Part shown: piece by piece, positions 50,358-57,453 of the stretch | Layout of the letters: each line of letters begins with the position of its first letter | How positions within the stretch are numbered: position 1 is the first letter of the stretch | DNA from: Octopus sinensis | Taxonomy: Eukaryota | Direction: 5' to 3' | NCBI RefSeq assembly: GCF_006345805.1 | Contig: NW_021833609.1 | Coordinates: 1-57,453, forward strand | Length of the DNA stretch: 57,453 bases | Made by a program: the position numbers and the translations under genes | The notes under the pieces: generated by a model | Told to the model about the DNA's origin: nothing | The model's input: the letters and a program-made list of their open reading frames with translations, nothing else | Databases searched by the model: none

Positions 50358-52730
50358 TTCTGTCATCAACAATAATTTAGTCTTTGACTCTAACAGTTAG
50401 TAAGAACACATCAAAGATATTTAAGACCCCTTCAAAGACAACAACAGAATCAAGTAATGGTCTCCAATTGAATGTGATGATTGTTATTGTTATAGCAGCT
50501 GTGATTGTATCAGTTGTTATAGTGATCTCTATATCGATCTGTATAGTTCATAGACTGAAGCAGACGGACAACAACTATAACAACAGTGTTGATATGTACC
50601 ACAAGGTTACACCTGCATTAAACACGCAATCAAAATATATATTTGATCCTACTTGTGTTCCTCCTGGTGTTCAGTACACAGTGGAAAAAAAAATCTTCAG
50701 AAATCTTAACAACCAATGGTAGACAGAGAAGATATTCACTGCAGAAGTGTATCTGACCAATGGGTAGATCTGAGCCTAAGAAATCATCAACAGGTGGGAT
50801 TTTTAATAATCTATTCAGAGTTGTTTTTCTAATTCAACTGTCCTATTTGCCTGGTTTTTTTTTCAAAATTTGAGATGGGGTGAACAAAATGTTTATTCTA
50901 CATTGAAATTATTTCATAAAGACTAAAAATTTACCAGAGCTTGTAAAAAGTAAAATTCTTTGATATATTTTATTTCAAATATTGCATCAGACATTTAGAA
51001 TCAATAAAAGCATAAATAGCTATATTCTTTCAAAATTCTTTTAATATTGAATAACTTCATTTTTATTCTTTGAATTCTATGACATACTTACTAACCCGTT
51101 AATTAATATTTCAACCTTTGCTGTTGTGGCAAAATCTAATTATTCTTTAAGGGAACTTAATGTGGAAGTTATAGGCTTTGGTTTATTCCTTGAATTGCCT
51201 ATTTCTATTTATTTATTGCAATTCTTCAGAATATTTTTCTATTTCTCATTTGTTTTTTTTGTTTTTTTATAGATATTTGTTCCAAGAGAAGAAAGTATGT
51301 CACCAAATTATAAAGAACTAAACAGCACTAACCCCTTCAGTGGGATGTCAACATTGTCATCTACCACGGACTGTGGTCATGGATGGAGTGTCAGCAATGC
51401 TGGACACTATGAAGATCTATCAGGTCAGTTAAATATGCCTAATATTTCTGCAGTTTCAGATCATAATTTATGTAAATCCTCACCATCATGGTTTTTTACA
51501 TCCACTTTCCATGCTGGCATGGGTTGGAGAGGTTACCTCAGTCAGTTTGGTGTGTTCGCTCATGAGTTTCCTTTTTGGCTTGGTTTCTATGGTTGGATAC
51601 TCGTTGCAATGCCAACTATTTCCTCGGCTTCCACCATGGCTTCAAGACAACTCAAGAACCTGGCAAATGTGTTCTTCACTGTGTCACCGAGTAGATCTTG
51701 AAACACCTCCTTGATCTTGGTCACCAGATTGGCCTTGGTGTTGCAAGAAAAGTAGTTGATACCATTTTTGGCCTTGCCCCACTCATAGTGCCAATAAGAT
51801 TACAATATGTGTAATTGGGTGGGAGACAGAAATCGGAGCTGATGAAATCACAGAATTTCTTCTACAACCACTTCTGATTCTTCCTGGAGATATGGCAAGG
51901 TACTGAGTCCTGCTTTCACACATATGTGGCCTCCAAGCAGCAACACCAGCCAAAGCTTGACCAAAGTCTCCAGCAGCTTCACAACGTAACGACAGACGAA
52001 ATACCGTTAAGCATTTTGCATGGCGCGCTAATGTTTCTGCCTGCTCGCCGCCTTCAATGCTCTCTAATGCCATCGGCTGTTCCCCAATGCATCAAACTGC
52101 TCCTTGAAAAAAAGATGACATAAAAGATCATCAAATTTAGCTGAACAATTTCTATGAGTAGGAAATAAATGGATACGAAGCAAACTTCTCAAACATGCTT
52201 CTATTTTACACTGGTTAGATATTATATTGATATTTTTTAATCATGGAACTTAAACATATATATATCATCAAATAAAAGAATACTGTAAAAAAATGAATTT
52301 AATTTAGGAATTTCTTTCAATAAATTTTGTACCAAAGATATCTTAAATCACTCAAAATAAATGTTTCCATATATATTTGTTGTAACCAAAGTGACTACAG
52401 AACTTACTGACACTTTTGTTAAAATTCTGAGTGAGATGTCAATCTTCAATCCCTATTTCTACAGATCTGTGTCGCTACCAAGGTGATTGCACATGGAATA
52501 CGAGAAACCAATTACCACACACACTGAACAGATCAAGGGGAGATAACAATGGATGTAACTCTGAACCTAATGTTGACATGAACACTTCCTGTTGCCCTGA
52601 CCAAATACCTTTGACTATAACAGGTACCACATCTAACATAATTGAACAACCACCTTCAGTAGCAATGGCAATCTGTATACCACCTCTACCATCTGTACCT
52701 AAGGTGACAACACTACCAAAAGTACCTTGA
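50358..52730 (+). pseudogene. 5'-truncated protocadherin pseudogene E (end of EC6 + TM 50358-50793; 151-bp exon 51273-51423; terminal exon 52465-52730)
   Basis: Homology starts abruptly at ~50358, with no promoter block or EC1-5. It has a +2 frameshift in the A9 run (~50685-50693), CAA>TAA in the paralog frame just after it, and TCA>TGA at 52728-52730. Splice sites at 50793, 51273/51423 and 52465 are still GT/AG. Confidence 0.85.
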
Positions 52731-53651
52731 ATACATCAGGCGCCTCCAACAAATATTAACTACTAACAATGCACAAATTCATACATAAAACTATTAATAT
52801 AAAATTTCATTAAATCTTACAAGTAAAATAGTAATTAATGTTATAAATATATATATTGTTTTTGTATAGCTACATTCTCTTCAGTCATATGCAATAGCTA
52901 TGATAAATTTAATTCTTTGTAAGAAGGAAAATATTTAAGACTGTCATTCTAAATAAGAAAATGTTTTTGAAGTCCACTAAGATCCTCAAACTTCTACAAA
53001 CCTTTGCTTCTATATTTTAATATAGTGTAAGGAAAAAAGTAATTATCGAAATGTAACAAATAATTAAATCAGTTGTTGATTATTTGATAATTGTTAAAAA
53101 AAAAAACCCCTCCAATAATCATAAAATATTCTTTATTAGTCCAGTTAGCTTGTGTGATACACACACACACATATATATATAGTAACAGACAACATACAAA
53201 TAATGCAAATATGTATATAGTCTTATTGTTTTGAAATTAGTATTTTAAGCTTCTAAATCTAAATTCATTTAGGTGTAGAAAGTCATTTCATATGTTGATT
53301 ATTGTTGAGCCTCTAATTCAAAGCCATAATTTCGTATTTTCAAATTAGTATTAAGAGTTAAATATATTGAAAAGCATTTAAGGGGATTTTTTAATAAATT
53401 TTGCCAAAATTTTACTAAATAATGGCTGGTATATAAAGGTTATTGAAAATTTTAAACTTTTGATGTTGGAAACTTTTCTAACTTTTACCAAATTTATAAT
53501 ATAAAGATTTTTTTTTAAATCTTGGAAAACTAAATATTTAATCATATTTTCATAAGTTTATTGCTTTGCCTCAGTTTTCTAGACATTAAATATTCTACCT
53601 TATTCATTCTGTAACACATACATATGTATATGTATGTGTGTGGGCTTAAGT

Positions 53652-53902
53652 AAACTAGTCTGTGAGTCAGCCCATTATTAACTGCAAGAACTGGAAGCTG
53701 TACTTCCGTTTCCTTGCACTGGAATAAAAGACAGCTTGTCATTGGCTACAGCACACATTACATACTACACAGTCCACTTCATAGAACTACATAGCACTAT
53801 TACATACCAAACTGCTCAGAATTCCTGCTACTACTACAACTTTTTGATGCCAGAACTTTTAAACAGTACAGTAACAACTTTAAGAATATATAACAACTGT
53901 TG
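53652..53902 (+). promoter_or_regulatory. Conserved promoter-like block + leader exon of Pcdh gene F
   Basis: TGAGTCA 53663-53669, TTCCGTTTCC, GACAGCTTGTCATTGG 53730-53745, donor CTGTTG|GTAAGT at 53902/53903. Confidence 0.7.
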
Positions 53903-55621
53903 GTAAGTATATATTAAAACTTTTTATCTATATTTTAGTCATTTGGTAATCTCTCTGTTATTTATGTTGATAAAATAACTTTCTGAATAACAGACAATGT
54001 GTTAACTTGTATACTATTCTCTCACTTTAATAGACAATTAAATTGTCACATACTATAGTATATATAAATACCAGCACTACAAAAAACTTTTTAAATAAGT
54101 TCTGTTATTTTTTCAAATATTTAACATCTTTAAACCATCAATATTTTTTACTATCATTCTTTTTTATATATATTGTTATCTGAGTCAACAAACTGGTTAA
54201 TAATCGGATATTATTGTAATCAAAGAAAATGGTATACAATAGAATATCTTGATTAATTTTTTTCCTTTATGTATAAGTTAAGTAGGATATTATCTTCAAA
54301 ATACTCCATCTATACAGGAACTGAGGTCAGAGTAGAAAAAGTAGACTTTTAATAATCAAGGGAGGCTATTCTGATTTCTCATCAGTATCTTGCAATAATT
54401 ATTGAACTTGTAGTTTAACCCTTGGTCAACTTGTCTGAAAAGATCCAATGATCAAAGTCATTGCAGCCATAGTCATCTTATCTTTTTAGTAATATCAAAG
54501 GCTACTTTGTGTAATGTGTTCCTTTTTTTTAATGGCAAGCTGATATTTGAAGAAAATTTGTCAACTATTCATAACAGATAAATTGACTCCTGGGACTCAC
54601 TCATTTGTGGAAGAAATTCAGGTGTTAGTCTTGTTACTGTTGTTTAGACCCAGGTCACTACTCATCAAGTAAGCCTTCTGGCTATGATCATTTTGCCTGA
54701 TTCCTATGCTATGAAAAGTCAGTTCTACCTTACTCAATGAATCCATTTCCAAAAGGATAGGATGTAATTTGAGGTTGATTTATCCCTTATTTCTAGCAGT
54801 TTGAACAGCTACTTTGGATGTAGAGTATGTATGGGTTGATTTTAATACAAGACTGTCTTCATGATAATGTCAAGAGGTAGGCCCCGAAACGGCGTACATT
54901 CTCTCCTGATGACCCCATACACTAGCTGGCTTCCTGTATGTGGAGTTTTATGACTGGTAGCACTTGCATATGCAAGTTGTTTGCAAGACATGTACTGATT
55001 AAAACTTGTAGAACTCATTGCTGTGTTCTGTTGCTAGCACATCCTCGATAGGATCACAGAACCATATAAAATATCGAGGATTCTCATAAATATCAACTTT
55101 CATTATCTCTGTAATAGTAATGTATCTCATGGAGAGTTCTGGCAAATCCATAATCCCATGGCAAATGTTGGAGTGTCCCTTTTGTAAAAGCAATGTTGTT
55201 GGTTGCCCTGTCAAGAGAAGATCACTGGCAATACATAATCATTGTTTTATTGCCAGAGATGAGCTGTAACAGAGTAAAGTTACAAAATATTTTTCTGTCT
55301 ATATAACATCGCTATCGGATGCTTATGTGTCTTCAGTGATATATTCTCTGTTAGGGGCTTTTAATTCAGGTCTCTGGCTTGGATGTAATATTCTTCCTTC
55401 CTTCTTTCAAACTTGGAGACACTGACAGTCAAACACTTTCAGCTTCTATGGTACAAACCCACAACTGAAATACCTGATTTTCTTCTTTCAAGGGCTAATT
55501 CAACTTAAAGAAAATAACTTTTTAGACATGATTTTCCACTCTTCTCTTGAAGTTTACATGTCTAGTGCTAAGTTATGAAAAGTCTATCTCTTTGCAGAGT
55601 AAAAAAAAAAATTTGTTTAGT

Positions 55622-55924
55622 TGTGATACCTGTGCTGGTGGCTTGTAAGAGAACCATCCGAACGTGACCATTGCCAGCGCCGCCCCGACTGGCCTCTGTG
55701 CCGGTGGCACATAAAAAGCACCATCCAATCATGGCCGTTGCCAGCCTCGTCTGGCACGAAAAAAGCACCCACTACACTCACAGAGTGGTTGGTCTTAGGA
55801 AGTGCATCCAGCTGTAGAAACACTGCCAGATCAGACTGGGCCTGGTGCAGCCTCCTGGCTTCCCAGACCCCAGTTGAACCGTCCAACCCATGCTAGCATG
55901 GAAAGCGGACGTTAAATGATGATG
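55622..55924 (+). mobile_element. RTE-family 3' end
   Basis: GTGCCGGTGGCAC repeats, then the same core and (GAT)n tail as the 22562 element. Confidence 0.75.
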
Positions 55925-56174
55925 TATATTTAAATAACAAATGTCACCACTTAAATGCAATCACACTCACACACTCCCCCTCTCTCACACGTATGATGGG
56001 TTTCCTTCAGTTTCCATTCCCTAAATCCATCAAAAGACTTTGGTGAGCTCAGGAATATTGTAAAAGACAATGGGCCAAGATACCATTTATTGGGATCTGT
56101 GTGTTTGGGAAATCAACTTCTCAACCACAACACCATGCCTGCATCATAATGCACACATAAGCATTATATATATA

Positions 56175-56730
56175 CTAGACTACCCGTGACCGTTCTGTCA
56201 CCTGGGAAGTTCCAAGTTTCCCAGCAATGGAGTTTTGTTTTGTGAGTTATTTTTTTCTTTTCCATGTTATTTCACATGCTTTCAATGAATGTGATATCGA
56301 AATCAGGCGTAAACAGCTCCTTTTCCCAGAAAAAGGAAAGATTTGGCTGCTATTTCTTGCATGCCCTGCTACCATGTAACAGGTTTTTTATGTCCTTTAT
56401 TGCAAATAGCTGTTATGTTGTAAAGCGTGCTAGGAATAGCAGCCAAATCTTTGGAGGTGAGATATGTTGAATACACTCAAAGAAACCTATGGAAAAAAAA
56501 CTATTTCACACCAAGGTTACGAATGAATCTTTTACAAAATACCGTATTTTAAAAGTCATTTTCACGTTAAAATATTTTGCCCATCATAATGTGTTTAAAG
56601 GAAAGGTTAGAGTTTCTTCCCTGTCTGGGTTAAATTATTTTCAGAGTATTTTCCCTTTATGCACCAGTTTGGCTGTGTAACATTGTAAGCAAGCAAGCAA
56701 GCAAGCAAGATTGAACTTCATTTATATATA
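56175..56730 (-). mobile_element. Possible non-autonomous Helitron-like element (third subfamily)
   Basis: A|CTAG followed by hairpin CCCGTGAC..GTCACC.GGG at the left end; (GCAA)n and TTTATATATAT at the right end. Confidence 0.45.
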
Positions 56731-57000
56731 TATGTCTTTATATATATATATATTATATATATATATATATATATAATCAGTTGGTAATCAAATTTTCACA
56801 ATTCTCATTGTCACTGATCAATAAGAAAAAATTTTGCAAGAATTTATGCTACTTAATGATGGTAATTGATATTTTGACATAAATTATGATGTATTGGTAT
56901 GGAAGCAATATCTAGATATATTCTGTATATTGGATGTTATCCTCTATATATCTATTTCCATTTCAGATTAATATATCAAAGACAATTGAAGATTGTAGTC

Positions 57001-57453
57001 ATGTTGTCAATGGTATTGTTGGTGCTGTTGATGGCTGAGAGCTCCTGGTGTGTGGATCATATTTATCATGTGAAAGAGAACAATGATTTAAACAGTTATA
57101 TTGGAGATATTGTCACTGATACACACTTACTGGATAATATACAGTCTCAGGATAATAGCAACAAACTGAAATTTAAAGTACTTCAGGGTAATACAGATGG
57201 AAGTGTTCAGTTGTTTAATGTTACACCTGGAGGACAACTGCACACAGCTGCCATATTGGATGCAGAAATTCTTTGTCAATATAATGTGGTATGCTTCAGG
57301 GTATTGGAAATCGCAGTTCAGCATGGCCATTCTTTTCTCAAAATATTGGAAATCAAAGTTATGATAGAAGATGCCAATGATAATTCTCCCATTTTCCCAA
57401 ACAAAGAATTTAATATACAGTTTGATGAAAGTGCAGCAAAAGGAAGAAAAGAA
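57001..57453 (+). CDS. Protocadherin gene F, start of large exon (runs off window)
   Basis: Acceptor tttcag| at 56966, ATG 57001. MLSMVLLVLLMAESSWCVDHIYHVKENND...LCQYNVVCF...EDANDNSPIFPNKEFNIQFDESAAKGRKE, open to the window end. Confidence 0.93.
   Translation, partial: MLSMVLLVLLMAESSWCVDHIYHVKENNDLNSYIGDIVTDTHLLDNIQSQDNSNKLKFKVLQGNTDGSVQLFNVTPGGQLHTAAILDAEILCQYNVVCFRVLEIAVQHGHSFLKILEIKVMIEDANDNSPIFPNKEFNIQFDESAAKGRKE

Noticed and set aside
51924-51941. MWPPSS as a Tc1/mariner WPPxSPDL motif
   Set aside because: Not followed by PDLNP and no other DDE motif is readable.
54860-54905. Additional hammerhead motifs (..CCGAAACGGCGTA.. here; CCTGAAGAAGGCC at ~49965)
   Set aside because: The first lacks a CUGANGA core in the right place and the second lacks GAAA; at best decayed PLE remnants.

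Overview
AT-rich animal genomic DNA, most likely an octopus or other coleoid cephalopod (inferred from the protocadherin tandem array and the SINE/LINE content). It holds a head-to-tail cluster of protocadherin genes, all on the + strand. In order: the last exon of an upstream gene (gene 0); four apparently intact genes (A-D; 6 cadherin repeats + TM, about 943-960 aa); a 5'-truncated pseudogene (E); and the start of another gene (F). Each full unit has the same layout: a conserved ~110-bp promoter-like block, a non-coding leader exon ending CTGTTG|GTAAGT, one ~2.4-kb ectodomain/TM exon, a 151-bp exon and a Pro-rich terminal exon. EC5-EC6-TM is almost identical between paralogs, even at synonymous sites, while EC2-EC3 is strongly diverged. 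This mirrors vertebrate clustered protocadherins, although the cephalopod array arose independently. The EC3-EC4 junction lacks the canonical Ca2+ motifs in all four genes. The spacers contain tRNA-derived SINEs, CR1 and RTE LINE fragments, a Penelope-like element, non-autonomous Helitron-like elements, a piggyBac-type MITE, an LTR remnant, and a palindrome carrying a hammerhead-ribozyme motif on each strand. All coordinates, alignments and translations were read by eye; no database searches were run.
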